Position numbers and translations under genes: made by a program. From Desulfobacterales bacterium (GTDB lineage Bacteria > Desulfobacterota > Desulfobacteria > Desulfobacterales > UBA5852): DNA of 64,000 nt. Of the stretch, positions 36,440 through 46,740 are shown one piece after another; position 1 is the first letter of the stretch; each line of letters starts with the position of its first letter. The notes beneath the pieces are model-generated. The model saw only the letters and a program-made list of their open reading frames with translations. It was not told the DNA's origin and did not search any database. The stretch spans positions 64,001-128,000 of the forward strand of contig CAXXVS010000001.1 in NCBI GenBank assembly GCA_963674755.2, in the 5' to 3' direction.

Positions 36440-38089
36440 TTACAGAACGTTGACTTTAATAACCTCGTTGGAATTCGGATCGATCACATGGACCGCGCAG
36501 GCAATACAGGGGTCGAACGAGTGCACGGTGCGCAGGATTTCGAGCGGTTTCTGGGGATCCGCGACCGGGGTGCCGATCAGGGCTTCTTCCACAGGGCCCA
36601 ATTTACCCTCGGTACAGCGGGGACCGAAGTTCCAGGTGGACGGCACGACATACTGGTAGTTGCCAATCTTGCCGTCCTCGATCCGGATCCAGTGGCCCAA
36701 GGCCCCGCGCGGTACGTCGTTGAGGCCGACGCCCTTGGCGGAGTCGGGCATTTCATAGGCTTCGTAGGTCTTGGAATCGCCGTTTTTGAGGTTGGCGAGC
36801 AGGGCCCCGATCCAGTTTTCCATCTGGTCGCCGATGGCGATGGTTTCCAGGCCCCGGGCCGCCGTACGTCCCAGGGTGGAGAACAGCGCCGTAACCGGAA
36901 TATCGAGTTGTTTCAGGGTGCTGTCCACCAGAGGTTTAATGTCTTTGTGGCCATTGCCGTAAGCCACCAGAACGCGCGCCAACGGACCGACCTCGCAGGA
37001 TTCCTTGTTGTAGCGCGGCGCCTTCAACCAGGAATACTTCCCTCCACCCGGACGATATTTGGGATTTTCCTTCAACGGCTTGGTTTCCCCATTCCAGGGA
37101 TGCTTGGGATCGCCCTTTTCGTACCAGCCAAAGGTCACGTCCTCGGTCACCATTTGCGGATCGACCATTTGGACGTTGGCCACGTCGCGTTTGAAGATGG
37201 CGCCCCGCGGCATGTAGAGGCTTTCGGGTTCTTTTGCGCTTTGCGGAAAGTCGCCATAGGCCAGGAAGTTGGTGCAGCCGCCGATGCCGCCCCAGTCTTT
37301 GTAGAAGGAGGCCACCGCCAGCAGATCGGGGATATAAACCTTTTTAACAAAGTTTTGGGTCTCGCGGGTGAGATAGAGAAATTCCGCGATGCGATCGGGA
37401 TTGAGATCCCGGACGCAGGTGACGCCGCCCACCACCAGGGACTGCGGGTGGGGGTTCTTGCCGCCGAAGATAGCGTGCATACGGGCGGCTTTGGCCTGCA
37501 GGCGCAAGGCTTCGATGTAGTGCGCCGCGGCCATCAGGTTGGCTTCCGGCGGCAGTTTGTAGGCCGGATGCCCCCAATAGGCATTCGCAAAGGGACCCAG
37601 CTGGCCGCTTTCCACGAACGCCTTTAGGCGGTTTTGGACCTCGCGGTAATAGGCTGTTCCGCCCCATGGGGCTTCGCTGACGTTGTCGGCCAGGGTAGCG
37701 GTTTTCTGGGGATCGGCGCTTAACGCGCTGACGATGTCCACCCAGTCCAGGGCATGCAGATGATAGAAATGAACGATGTGATCATGCTGGTACTGGGCGC
37801 CGTGCAGCAAATTGCGGACAATGCGGGCATTGGCGGGAATGGTGACGCCCACCGCATCGTCAACGGCGCGGACTGAGGAAACCGCGTGTACATAAGTGCA
37901 GACACCGCATGAGCGCTGAACGAAATGGTGTGCGTCACGAGGGTCCCGGCCCTGGAGAATCATTTCGATTCCGCGAAACATCTGCCCGGAACTCCACGCA
38001 TTGACGACCTTGCCACCCTCTACTTCCACCTCAATGCGAAGGTGGCCCTCTATTCTGGTAATTGGGTCAACCGTGATTCTCTTACCCAT
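36440..38089 (-). CDS. hynA: [NiFe] hydrogenase large subunit (group 1, periplasmic)
   Basis: TRIEGH, QRSCGVC (L1), SFDPCIACAVH (L2; Cys, not Sec); symbol follows D. vulgaris usage. Confidence 0.92.
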   Translation of the reverse strand: MGKRITVDPITRIEGHLRIEVEVEGGKVVNAWSSGQMFRGIEMILQGRDPRDAHHFVQRSCGVCTYVHAVSSVRAVDDAVGVTIPANARIVRNLLHGAQYQHDHIVHFYHLHALDWVDIVSALSADPQKTATLADNVSEAPWGGTAYYREVQNRLKAFVESGQLGPFANAYWGHPAYKLPPEANLMAAAHYIEALRLQAKAARMHAIFGGKNPHPQSLVVGGVTCVRDLNPDRIAEFLYLTRETQNFVKKVYIPDLLAVASFYKDWGGIGGCTNFLAYGDFPQSAKEPESLYMPRGAIFKRDVANVQMVDPQMVTEDVTFGWYEKGDPKHPWNGETKPLKENPKYRPGGGKYSWLKAPRYNKESCEVGPLARVLVAYGNGHKDIKPLVDSTLKQLDIPVTALFSTLGRTAARGLETIAIGDQMENWIGALLANLKNGDSKTYEAYEMPDSAKGVGLNDVPRGALGHWIRIEDGKIGNYQYVVPSTWNFGPRCTEGKLGPVEEALIGTPVADPQKPLEILRTVHSFDPCIACAVHVIDPNSNEVIKVNVL

Positions 38090-38149
38090 ATGTTTTCCTC
38101 TCCTTCTTGAAAAGGGATCTTTTCCAATGATTCAACGGTGCTGCGGTGT

Positions 38150-39097
38150 CTACAGCTCTTCGTAGAACGGCGTCATCGTATCCCAGAAATCGGGCTGGCT
38201 GCATCCAATGCAAGGTGCGCCTGCTTCCACGGGCCAACTGGTGCCGTCGTTGAATTTGGCTACGGCGCAGTTGTTGTAGGTTTCGGGACCACGGCAGCCC
38301 ATTTTGTATAGGCAATAACCCATTGCGGCTTCTTCGGAACCGAATTGTTCCACGAATTCGTCGTTTTCGAAATGGGCGCGCCGGGGGCACTGGTCGTGAA
38401 TGGTTTTGCCATAAGCGAAAAGCGGGCGGCCCTTTTCATCCAGCGCCGGGAGTTTGCCGAGCAGCAGGTAGTTGACAATGGTACCGACCAGGTTGATGGG
38501 ATTCGGCGGGCAGCCGGGGATGTTGACGATTTTGCCTTCCATTCCCAGAGCAGCGCCCACACCCTTATAGCCTCCCGGGTTGGGTTTGGCGGCGGGTATA
38601 CCACCGAAGCTGGCGCAGGATCCGATCGCAATGGTGGCAGCCGCTTTGGGGACCACATCCTGGGCGATTTCCAGGAAGGTGCGATCGCCAACCTTGCCGT
38701 AGCCGCCGTCGTAATTGGTGGCAATCGAACCTTCCACCACACAAACGAATTGCCCGGCATACTGCTTGACGGCGTTGTGAAGATTTTCTTCGGCCTGCTG
38801 TCCGGCCGCGGCCATGATGGTTTCGTGGTATTCCACATCCAGAATTTCCAGAACCAGCTCGTCGATCCAGGGATACATGGACCGCAAGAGTGCTTCCGAG
38901 CATCCCGTACATTCACCAAAGTGCAACCAAACAACCGGTGGCCGTTGCTTGGGGGCGGCGAACACTTCGGCCACTTTGGGCACGAAGGACGATGAAAGCC
39001 CCATGGTCGCCGTCAGGAACGTACAGAACTTCATGAAGTCCCGGCGTGAGACTCCCTTTGAATCCAAACGTTCATAGAACTCCTTCTCCTTTTCCAT
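38150..39097 (-). CDS. hynB: [NiFe] hydrogenase small subunit with Tat leader
   Basis: SRRDFMK, ECTGC, PGCPP, HDQC, CLYKMGCRGP, CIGC; no C-terminal anchor. Confidence 0.92.
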   Translation of the reverse strand: MEKEKEFYERLDSKGVSRRDFMKFCTFLTATMGLSSSFVPKVAEVFAAPKQRPPVVWLHFGECTGCSEALLRSMYPWIDELVLEILDVEYHETIMAAAGQQAEENLHNAVKQYAGQFVCVVEGSIATNYDGGYGKVGDRTFLEIAQDVVPKAAATIAIGSCASFGGIPAAKPNPGGYKGVGAALGMEGKIVNIPGCPPNPINLVGTIVNYLLLGKLPALDEKGRPLFAYGKTIHDQCPRRAHFENDEFVEQFGSEEAAMGYCLYKMGCRGPETYNNCAVAKFNDGTSWPVEAGAPCIGCSQPDFWDTMTPFYEEL

Positions 39098-39595
39098 CAG
39101 CACCTCCTTGATGCGGTTGAAAAAACGCCTGAGTACCTCTCCAGCACGATATGAATACAAAGCCGGCATAACGGGGCGATTTTTGCTGGATATTTACCCC
39201 GCCTGCCGGTTCAAGTCCTGAGGGTTGCCTGTAAGGGTTTGTAGGACAAAAATAAAATAAATTCCATTCATATGCGCTTTATCTTGTTAGAAGAATGCGG
39301 CACGCAAGTCAATACCTAACTTCGTTTCGACCGGGTAAACCCACTGGCGCCAACTGTCCGCCTTCGATGGCATGGATACCGATTGCTGAACGAATAACCA
39401 ATATCAAAAGAAGGAACATGTCGCAATTGATTCCTGTCTGACGGGTGCCCTACGTCCATTGGGCGGTCTTACTCCGTGGTCACAGGTATGGGGATAGGAT
39501 TGCGAGGGCTGAACAGAAGGCGGGGCACCGTTTGGGGCGCCCCGGTTGGCAGGAAACGATTGAAATGACCCGGTCTGTTGGTCCTTTCCGCCGGG

Positions 39596-40072
39596 TTAGA
39601 GTTCCTCATCCAGATCGGATGAGGTGTCATCGTCAATCTTGATCGGGGAGTTTATTTTTTTGATATCGTTTTCGTCGTTGTCGTAGTCGTCTTCGAAGTC
39701 GTCATCCAGAAGTTCGTCGATTTCCCCGGCTTCATCGTCGATATCGTCAAGAATAGCCGCCTGAGCACGTTCGTGGGTTAACAAGTCCAGATCGTCGAAT
39801 AACAGTTCGGCCGCATCGCTATCTGAGGATTTGTAGAGATTATGGACCGTATCCGCTATCATCTCGGCATAGATGCGCGGGGGATACATGTTGCGCGTAC
39901 GCAATGCCGCAATCAACGCCTCCCGTCCGCTTTCCATGGCCCGCTTGATCACATCCGCTTCAAACGCCACTTCACACAGGAGGGACATCACGTCCTTGTC
40001 CAATTCGGCACTTTCTTTGATAATGAGCTGCTGGTCGGCATCGTTTTTCTGGATTTGGAATTTTTGTTTCAT
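39596..40072 (-). CDS. Hypothetical protein with highly acidic C-terminus
   Basis: RBS AAGGAG; 158 aa; D/E-rich tail. Confidence 0.75.
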   Translation of the reverse strand: MKQKFQIQKNDADQQLIIKESAELDKDVMSLLCEVAFEADVIKRAMESGREALIAALRTRNMYPPRIYAEMIADTVHNLYKSSDSDAAELLFDDLDLLTHERAQAAILDDIDDEAGEIDELLDDDFEDDYDNDENDIKKINSPIKIDDDTSSDLDEEL

Positions 40073-40261
40073 ATGGAACTCCTTGCGCGGCCAATCCTGC
40101 GCTGAAATGATTGTCAGTCCTAATTATACAAGCATTTTAGTTGCTTTTTGGCCCTTGGAAACCATATTCAAAATGGCATGTCAACTTCAAAACGTACGGT
40201 GTCATGAAAAAATATTGACCCCATCCTGATGACTTGATAACAAGCACAATTCACATTGCAG

Positions 40262-40349
40262 GGAGGGATGGCTGAGTGGTCGAAAGCGGCGGTCTTGAAA
40301 ACCGTTGAGGGTAACACCTCCGTGGGTTCGAATCCTACTCCCTCCGCCA
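40262..40349 (+). tRNA. tRNA-Ser(TGA)
   Basis: GGAGGGA...TCCCTCC-G-CCA, long variable arm, anticodon loop CTTGAAA. Confidence 0.95.
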
Positions 40350-40363
40350 TCCGACAGCATAAC

Positions 40364-40456
40364 GGAGAGATGACCGAGTCGGCTGAAGGTGCTCGCCTGC
40401 TAAGCGAGTGTGGGGGTTAAACTCCACCATGGGTTCGAATCCCATTCTCTCCGCCA
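40364..40456 (+). tRNA. tRNA-Ser(GCT)
   Basis: GGAGAGA...TCTCTCC-G-CCA, anticodon loop CTGCTAA. Confidence 0.95.
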
Positions 40457-40466
40457 CCCCAAACAC

Positions 40467-40498
40467 AACGCCCGGCTGTCGCAGCCGGGCGTTTTTTT
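40467..40498 (+). terminator. Intrinsic terminator after the tRNA-Ser pair
   Basis: AACGCCCGGCTG/CAGCCGGGCGTT plus T tract. Confidence 0.85.
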
Positions 40499-40513
40499 GT
40501 AGGGCTGTGGTCC

Positions 40514-40711
40514 TCAGCGGTCTTTTTTATCGTCATTAAACGTTTCGATATCCATATTCAAATGCTCAAGGATGTCCATGAGGGGCGCCGCATAGGCTTC
40601 CGCCCGTCGTTGGGATTCATCCTGGCAGACCTTAAAGCCGGCGCGATAGGCAGAGATGTAGATCGCCGTGACACATACGATATGAATGACGATGAGCATA
40701 AATTCTTCCAT
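40514..40711 (-). CDS. Small single-TM hypothetical protein (65 aa)
   Basis: RBS AGGAGG; N-terminal hydrophobic helix. Confidence 0.55.
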   Translation of the reverse strand: MEEFMLIVIHIVCVTAIYISAYRAGFKVCQDESQRRAEAYAAPLMDILEHLNMDIETFNDDKKDR

Positions 40712-40842
40712 GACGTCCTCCTGTCGATCGGTGTTGCGGTCCTTATCGGCTTTTAAGTCCTGCCGCTTTAATCCTGAAAAACGCCCCGACCAATGCCACG
40801 GCGCGGCGTTAAACAAGCATGGTTGTTGACGGTATAGGGAGG

Positions 40843-41217
40843 TTAGCCGTTGTTTTGGGTGAAGCGGCGGATATAATCTTGGAGGCGGGTTTTCTGGGCT
40901 TCTGTCAGGGCAATGAATTGCAGGCTGGTTTGGCGAAGCGGAATACCGGAAAAGGACGTGCCGGAGGGAAGGTCGACATCCGCAATCCGCTTGACCGGCA
41001 CCCCATCGAGCCAAATGCCTTTGCCGGCGAACATCAGTTGGAGTCTGGCCATCCCATCCAGGTCGGCTTCAGGGGAATCGTCGGCCATGTAACGAAACGC
41101 CACCCCGTTCAAACTGATGTCCTGAATCTGGCCGACACGTCCGGTGGCGGGGGATAAAGCGGCCAGGGCGCCATCAACGGCCCGGAAACGTTTTGCAATA
41201 CGGCGTTCAGTGACCAA
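40843..41217 (-). CDS. PilZ domain protein
   Basis: RRIAKRF (RxxxR) and DISLNG (DxSxxG). Confidence 0.8.
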   Translation of the reverse strand: MVTERRIAKRFRAVDGALAALSPATGRVGQIQDISLNGVAFRYMADDSPEADLDGMARLQLMFAGKGIWLDGVPVKRIADVDLPSGTSFSGIPLRQTSLQFIALTEAQKTRLQDYIRRFTQNNG

Positions 41218-41555
41218 AGCGATTGCCTGATTTATCCATATATTGTGTCCATTATCGATTTAACCCCAACATTCTGTGTAGAGAAGATAAGATAGATCCA
41301 CGCCTGAATCAAGCGTTTTTTTCCTAACGGTGCTTCTGGATTTATGGAAGGGTCCGCGTGCCGTCGGGGATTTACGTGCCAGGAAGGTGACGTTCCACCC
41401 CTGTTTCAGCCCCCTTCAGGCAGGGCCGCTATCACCGTTCATTGTACTTGACAAATAACAGCTCCCCTATTAATTATCAGCCCTTAAGCTGCGACCGTAC
41501 GTCGTTTTTACGACTTGTCAGGGATAGAAAATCAATCAGAAGGAGAGGAGAGCAA

Positions 41556-42827
41556 ATGGCTAAGTTAATCGAACCTCATGGTGGTAAAGGCTTAACAGTT
41601 TGTCTGCTGGAGGGCGCCGAACTGGAAGCGGAAAAAAGCAAGGCCGCTGGCCTCAAGAAGGTGGCGATTTCACCCCGCGTCAAAGGCGATCTCATCATGA
41701 TCGGCAATGGCGGTTTCAGTCCGTTGACCGGTTTCATGACCAAGGCGGACTGGAAAGGTGTCTGCGAGAATTTCCTCACCGCCGACGGCACGTTCTGGCC
41801 GGTGCCGGTGAACCTTGACGTCTCCGGTGAAGATGCGGCGGACATCAGTGTAGGCGATGAAATCGCCTTGTACGATCCCAAAGGTGATGAAATCATGGCC
41901 ACCATGAAGGTTACCGAAAAATGGGAACAAAGCCTAGACGAGAAAAAATGGGAGTGCGAGAAGGTTTTCATGGGAGAAGGCACTCCGACGGCGGAAGAAT
42001 TCTGGAAAATCGCCGAAGAAGATCATCCCGGCGTTCAGATGGTCATGGGCCAGAAAGAGGTCAACCTGGCCGGTCCGGTGAAGGTGCTCAGTGAAGGCAA
42101 TTACCCCACCAAATATGCCGGTGTCTACCACCGTCCGGCCGAATCCCGCAAGATTTTCGAAGAGCGCGGCTGGTCCGAAGTGGCTGCTCTGCAGCTGCGC
42201 AACCCCATGCACCGTTCCCACGAATACCTGTGCAAAATTGCTGTGGAAGTCTGCGACGGCGTCTATATTCACTCCTTGGTGGGCAACTTGAAACCGGGCG
42301 ATATTCCGGCCGAAACTCGTGTCAAATGTATTGATGCCTTGGTCAAAAACTACTTTGTCGAGAAAAACGTCGTGCAGGGCGGCTATCCGCTGGATATGCG
42401 CTATGCCGGTCCTCGCGAAGGCTTGCTGCACGCCGTCTTCCGTCAGAACTACGGCTGCTCCCGCATGATCATCGGTCGCGACCACGCCGGTGTGGGCGAT
42501 TTCTACGGCATGTTCGAAGCCCAGACCATTTTCGACAAGATTCCGCATCCGGCCGGCGGCAAAGGATTGCTATGCCAGCCTTTGAAGATCGACTGGACCT
42601 TCTACTGCTACAAGTGCGACGGCATGGCCTCCCTGCGGACCTGCCCGCATGCCAAGGAAGATCGCGTCCTGCTGTCCGGCACCATGCTGCGCAAGATGCT
42701 TTCCGAAGGTGGGGACCTGCCCGATCACTTCGGCCGTGACGAAGTCGTGGCCATCCTGCGTGAGTACTACGAAGGTGTGACGGAAAAGGTCGAGATCAAG
42801 ACCCACAAGGCGGCCACCGGAAATTAA
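41556..42827 (+). CDS. sat: Sulfate adenylyltransferase
   Basis: [36 protein letters not shown]. Confidence 0.97.
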   Translation: MAKLIEPHGGKGLTVCLLEGAELEAEKSKAAGLKKVAISPRVKGDLIMIGNGGFSPLTGFMTKADWKGVCENFLTADGTFWPVPVNLDVSGEDAADISVGDEIALYDPKGDEIMATMKVTEKWEQSLDEKKWECEKVFMGEGTPTAEEFWKIAEEDHPGVQMVMGQKEVNLAGPVKVLSEGNYPTKYAGVYHRPAESRKIFEERGWSEVAALQLRNPMHRSHEYLCKIAVEVCDGVYIHSLVGNLKPGDIPAETRVKCIDALVKNYFVEKNVVQGGYPLDMRYAGPREGLLHAVFRQNYGCSRMIIGRDHAGVGDFYGMFEAQTIFDKIPHPAGGKGLLCQPLKIDWTFYCYKCDGMASLRTCPHAKEDRVLLSGTMLRKMLSEGGDLPDHFGRDEVVAILREYYEGVTEKVEIKTHKAATGN

Positions 42828-42889
42828 GCCGCTCTTATCTGCGGCCGGGGTGTAAATGAAACATTCTCCGGCTAACGGCCCACAATAGA

Positions 42890-42923
42890 GGGGGATACCT
42901 TAGAGCAAGGTATCCCCCTTTTT
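42890..42923 (+). terminator. sat terminator
   Basis: GGGGGATACCTT/AAGGTATCCCCC plus T tract. Confidence 0.8.
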
Positions 42924-43112
42924 ATTGCACTGCGAAAGATATCCTAAGCGGCCTTGAGCTCAAAGGCGGTGATAGGGTTATGCGCCTCGCCGTCGAAGAC
43001 GATCCTCATGGACTTGGCGCGCAAGACCGCTCTTCCCGAAAGACACCAAAAAAGAAGGGAGCCCCTACAGGCTCCCCTCATGACAGGCTTTCGTTATATA
43101 GGTGTTACAGGT

Positions 43113-44267
43113 TTAGAAACCGCGGCCGGAATACTCGGAATAGGCCATGGCCGTGGTGCGGTAGACCAAGTGGGCCAGTTTGGAGAAAGGCGTAAAGCAA
43201 AACAGGCACCATATGGCTATGAGATGCAGAAAATAGACAAGGGCCATCAGGTTGTAGAACCCGCCCAGCCGCAGGAGCTCCGTTCCCAGGCCGGTAATAC
43301 CCAGGGCCAGGACGAGGCCCACAAGATACCAGTCCCAGTAGCTCGAAACGCTGTCCGTCTTGGCAAGGCGGTTTTTCCACAGCAGCAGTGCGCCCACGAT
43401 CAAAGCGATGCCGGCAATATTGCCGAGCCATTTGATGGGGTTGAACTGTGAGTAAGGTCCTTCAATGTGCAGAACCCATTCCGCAATGAAAAAACAGTTG
43501 GTTACGATGAAGAGACCGATGAAACTGAACAGCACCATCATGTGCGCGGTCGAACGTTCCTTGTTTTCAGTGCACTCGTTGAATTTCTGGTGCGTGAAAA
43601 TCGTAGGAATGATTTTAATCAAGGCCTGCACAAAGCCCGCCGGATCGATTTTTTCCTTCTGCGTTTTGCCTTCCGCCAAGGCATTGGCGTGCATATCGGC
43701 GATGAAGCGTTTGAGGCCTAGAGCGAAGGTGATGACAGCAAAGAAAAAGGTGGGGATCATGATGATATCCACCAGGTAGTTGTTGATATAGCTGCTTTGC
43801 CAAACGGCGTGACCCTCAGCCGGGGTGAAGTTCAACCAATTGAGTCCCACCAGGTTGGACAGCAAGCCCACGACCAAAAAGATAGCGGCCGGGATGGCCA
43901 GCAGGACCGGCAGCTTGGATTTGTCGCGGACGAGTTTCCCCAATCCTTTGGGGCCGGCGTAATCCTGAACCGCATAGGCACGAACCGCCCCCAAAACATC
44001 GCCGGGTTTGGCCCCCCGCGGGCAGCGGGTGGTGCAGTCGCCGCAATTGTGGCACAGCCAGATGTCGGCGTTGCTGACCAGTTTGTTTTTGAGGCCCCAA
44101 GAGGCCGCTATCATTTCCTTGCGGGGAAACGGCTTATTCTCAGGTGCAATGGGACAGACGACGGAACATGTCGCGCACTGGTAGCATTTTTTCAGGTCGC
44201 CGCCGCCCAGCGCACACACGTCCTTAATAAAACCAACATCAGGATCAAGCATGATCGCTTCCGACAT
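43113..44267 (-). CDS. qmoC: Quinone-interacting membrane oxidoreductase subunit C
   Basis: CYQCATCSVVCP, WLCHNCGDC..RCPRG, TM domain ending SKLAH. Confidence 0.95.
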   Translation of the reverse strand: MSEAIMLDPDVGFIKDVCALGGGDLKKCYQCATCSVVCPIAPENKPFPRKEMIAASWGLKNKLVSNADIWLCHNCGDCTTRCPRGAKPGDVLGAVRAYAVQDYAGPKGLGKLVRDKSKLPVLLAIPAAIFLVVGLLSNLVGLNWLNFTPAEGHAVWQSSYINNYLVDIIMIPTFFFAVITFALGLKRFIADMHANALAEGKTQKEKIDPAGFVQALIKIIPTIFTHQKFNECTENKERSTAHMMVLFSFIGLFIVTNCFFIAEWVLHIEGPYSQFNPIKWLGNIAGIALIVGALLLWKNRLAKTDSVSSYWDWYLVGLVLALGITGLGTELLRLGGFYNLMALVYFLHLIAIWCLFCFTPFSKLAHLVYRTTAMAYSEYSGRGF

Positions 44268-44387
44268 GTGTATACCTCCTTTTTCGGACGGGCAGGTGCT
44301 GCGCTGCTTCTGCCCGCTACGAAATGATACTGTGAGCGCCCGGCCGGCCGCTATTTTTACATGACAGCCGACCGGCGTATGTGCAAT

Positions 44388-46730
44388 TTAGAAACCCTTG
44401 AAAGGGTTCGGTCCCATTGCTTCGATGGATTCGACAAAGTCGTTGATGATCTTGGGGATCTTGTCGTATTCATCGATGGCCACTTCGAACTGGGCCACGC
44501 GTTCTTCTTCCAATGCCAGGCTGGCCAAAGCATCACCGATTTTTTTCATGCGGATACTGGCCAATTCGCTGCCCTTGATAAAATGGCACTGGTAGTCGTC
44601 GCCATGTTTGCATCCCAGCAGGAAGACGCCGTCCATGCCTTGGGAGAGTGCATCCTTGATCCAGATGACGTTGACCGAGCCGAGGCAGCGCACAGGAATC
44701 AGGCGCACGTCCGCCGAATAGGACAGTCCCCTGAGGGAAAGCATGTCCAGAGCCGGATAGGCATCGTTTTCGCACACCAGACCCAGGATACGGAAGGGCG
44801 GTTCGGAATAGTCGTCTTCCGACGGCACCTGCACCGCTTTGACCTGGGAGCCGATGCTGTCGATGTTGTAGTCGGCAAAACCGATGATGCGCTCGGGGCA
44901 GGCGCCCATGCAGGTCCCGCAACGGCGGCAGCGCGCCGGGTTGGGCTTGGGCGTGCCTTTTTCATCATCATCCAGGGCGCCGAAGGGGCATTCTTCCGTA
45001 CAGCGCTTGCACTGGGTGCAGCGTTGGAAGAAAAAGTCGGGATAAGTCAAATCGCCTGAGCGCGGGTGGACGGCCATGCCACGGTTGACCGACTCGAGGC
45101 ATTGGATGGCTTTGAGGGCCGCGCCGGAGGCATCCTCGATGGATTCTTCCATGGTCATGCTGCGCCGTATGGCACCGGCCGCGTAAATGCCGGTTCGCTG
45201 GGTTTCGTAGGGGAAGCAGATAAAGTTGGAGTCGCAGAACCCGTTGAACAGCGTGATATTGTCACGGAAGGATGGCCCCTGGCGATAGGCCAGATTGATG
45301 ATCGGATCATCTTTGGTGGCAGGCACCATGCCGGTGCCCAGAACCACTAGGTCGGCCCTGACGTTGACTTTTTCTCCCAGAAGGGTGTTCTGGGCTTCAA
45401 CGACCATGCCGTTGCCGTTCTTGGAAACGCCGGTGACTTCCCCTTTGGTCATAAAAATGCCAGGGTCCTGCTGGATACTCTTGTAGAAGTTTTCCTGCAG
45501 ACCGGGGGTGCGCATGTGTTGGTAAAACACGTAGGCTTTGCCGGTGTCCGGGTAATCCTCACGCACATAGGTGGCCTGTTTCAAGGCCACCAGGCTGGTC
45601 ACGGCACCCGCATATTCGAAGTCGGTGTCATTGTCCTGCCCGGGGCTCTGAACAAAGACCACCGATTCGGCGGTTTTGCCGTCCGAAGGGCGGACAATTT
45701 TCCCGGCTTTGGCCATTTTTTCAAACGTAGCGTTGGTCACCACATCCGGCAATTCGCCGTAGCCCAAATGGGCAAATTCGCCTTCGGCCGGCTCGTAGGG
45801 TTTGTATCCTGCCGCCAGCACGACGGCCCCGAATTTTTCGCCATTCGGGTCAAACTTCAGAATGTCCACACGACCCTTGTTGTATTCTAAATATTTTTCA
45901 TGCTGCTGCTCGGCATTGAGCTCTTTCCCGCTTTCATCCACCTTCATTTCTTCGGGAAGGGGGTAAGGCACGTCGAACTCGATCTTTTCACCCGGCTTTT
46001 TCAGTGTGACCGTAAAATTTCCTGGTTCACCTGCCATTCGGGCGACAACGGTGTTGGTAAGAACAGTGATGTTGCTGTAGTTTTCAAGCTCTTTGATTTT
46101 ATCCCCAATGGCCGGAGACAAGGTGGCGTCATAAGGGTAGCTCAGGGGCAGCTGCTTGCGCCAGTTATTGGCCTGGCCGCCGAGCTGGTCCTCCTTTTCG
46201 ACGATGGTGACCTCATAGCCTGATTTGGCGGCATCGATAGCGGCTGAGATGCCGGTAATGCCGCCCCCGATCACCAGAATTTTGCGGGTGAAGGTCTCCA
46301 GTTCATAGGGTTCCGGGAGTTTGACCTTTTGCACCCGGGCCATCCCCATACGCAGGTAGTCTTCGGCCATCATCTGAACGCGGTCAAAGTTGTCTTCGTT
46401 TTCCTTCTCTTCGGCCGTAAGGGCCGGAAACTTGTCACGGGAATGAGACCAGACCACCCCTTCGCGCAGGTTGACCCGTTCAACCATGCTGCCCACAAAC
46501 CGAAACGTATCGAAATTAACGCGCCGCGAACAGGCCGCAAGCACCATGGTATTGATGCCTTTTTCTTCAGCATCCTTCTTGATGATTTCCACGCCGGCCT
46601 GGCTGCAGAGAAACGGATGAGTCTGGACGGGCAGCCCCTCCTCCTCGGCCACGCCGCTCAGCGCTTCGATATCCAGGGCATCCCCGATACCGCAGCCCGT
46701 ACAGATATACACACCATATTTCTTATCCAT
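44388..46730 (-). CDS. qmoB: QmoB (HdrA-like plus MvhD domain)
   Basis: VYICTGC, FAD motif GGGITG, CTQCKRC, C-terminal CENDAY..RCLGS..GC..CH. Confidence 0.95.
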   Translation of the reverse strand: MDKKYGVYICTGCGIGDALDIEALSGVAEEEGLPVQTHPFLCSQAGVEIIKKDAEEKGINTMVLAACSRRVNFDTFRFVGSMVERVNLREGVVWSHSRDKFPALTAEEKENEDNFDRVQMMAEDYLRMGMARVQKVKLPEPYELETFTRKILVIGGGITGISAAIDAAKSGYEVTIVEKEDQLGGQANNWRKQLPLSYPYDATLSPAIGDKIKELENYSNITVLTNTVVARMAGEPGNFTVTLKKPGEKIEFDVPYPLPEEMKVDESGKELNAEQQHEKYLEYNKGRVDILKFDPNGEKFGAVVLAAGYKPYEPAEGEFAHLGYGELPDVVTNATFEKMAKAGKIVRPSDGKTAESVVFVQSPGQDNDTDFEYAGAVTSLVALKQATYVREDYPDTGKAYVFYQHMRTPGLQENFYKSIQQDPGIFMTKGEVTGVSKNGNGMVVEAQNTLLGEKVNVRADLVVLGTGMVPATKDDPIINLAYRQGPSFRDNITLFNGFCDSNFICFPYETQRTGIYAAGAIRRSMTMEESIEDASGAALKAIQCLESVNRGMAVHPRSGDLTYPDFFFQRCTQCKRCTEECPFGALDDDEKGTPKPNPARCRRCGTCMGACPERIIGFADYNIDSIGSQVKAVQVPSEDDYSEPPFRILGLVCENDAYPALDMLSLRGLSYSADVRLIPVRCLGSVNVIWIKDALSQGMDGVFLLGCKHGDDYQCHFIKGSELASIRMKKIGDALASLALEEERVAQFEVAIDEYDKIPKIINDFVESIEAMGPNPFKGF

Positions 46731-46740
46731 GGATAACCTC

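Noticed and set aside
36440..38089. Possible [NiFeSe] hydrogenase or selenoprotein recoding
   Set aside because: The L2 motif is DPCIAC with normal Cys codons; the hydrogenase, Qmo and Mo-enzyme ORFs have no in-frame TGA.
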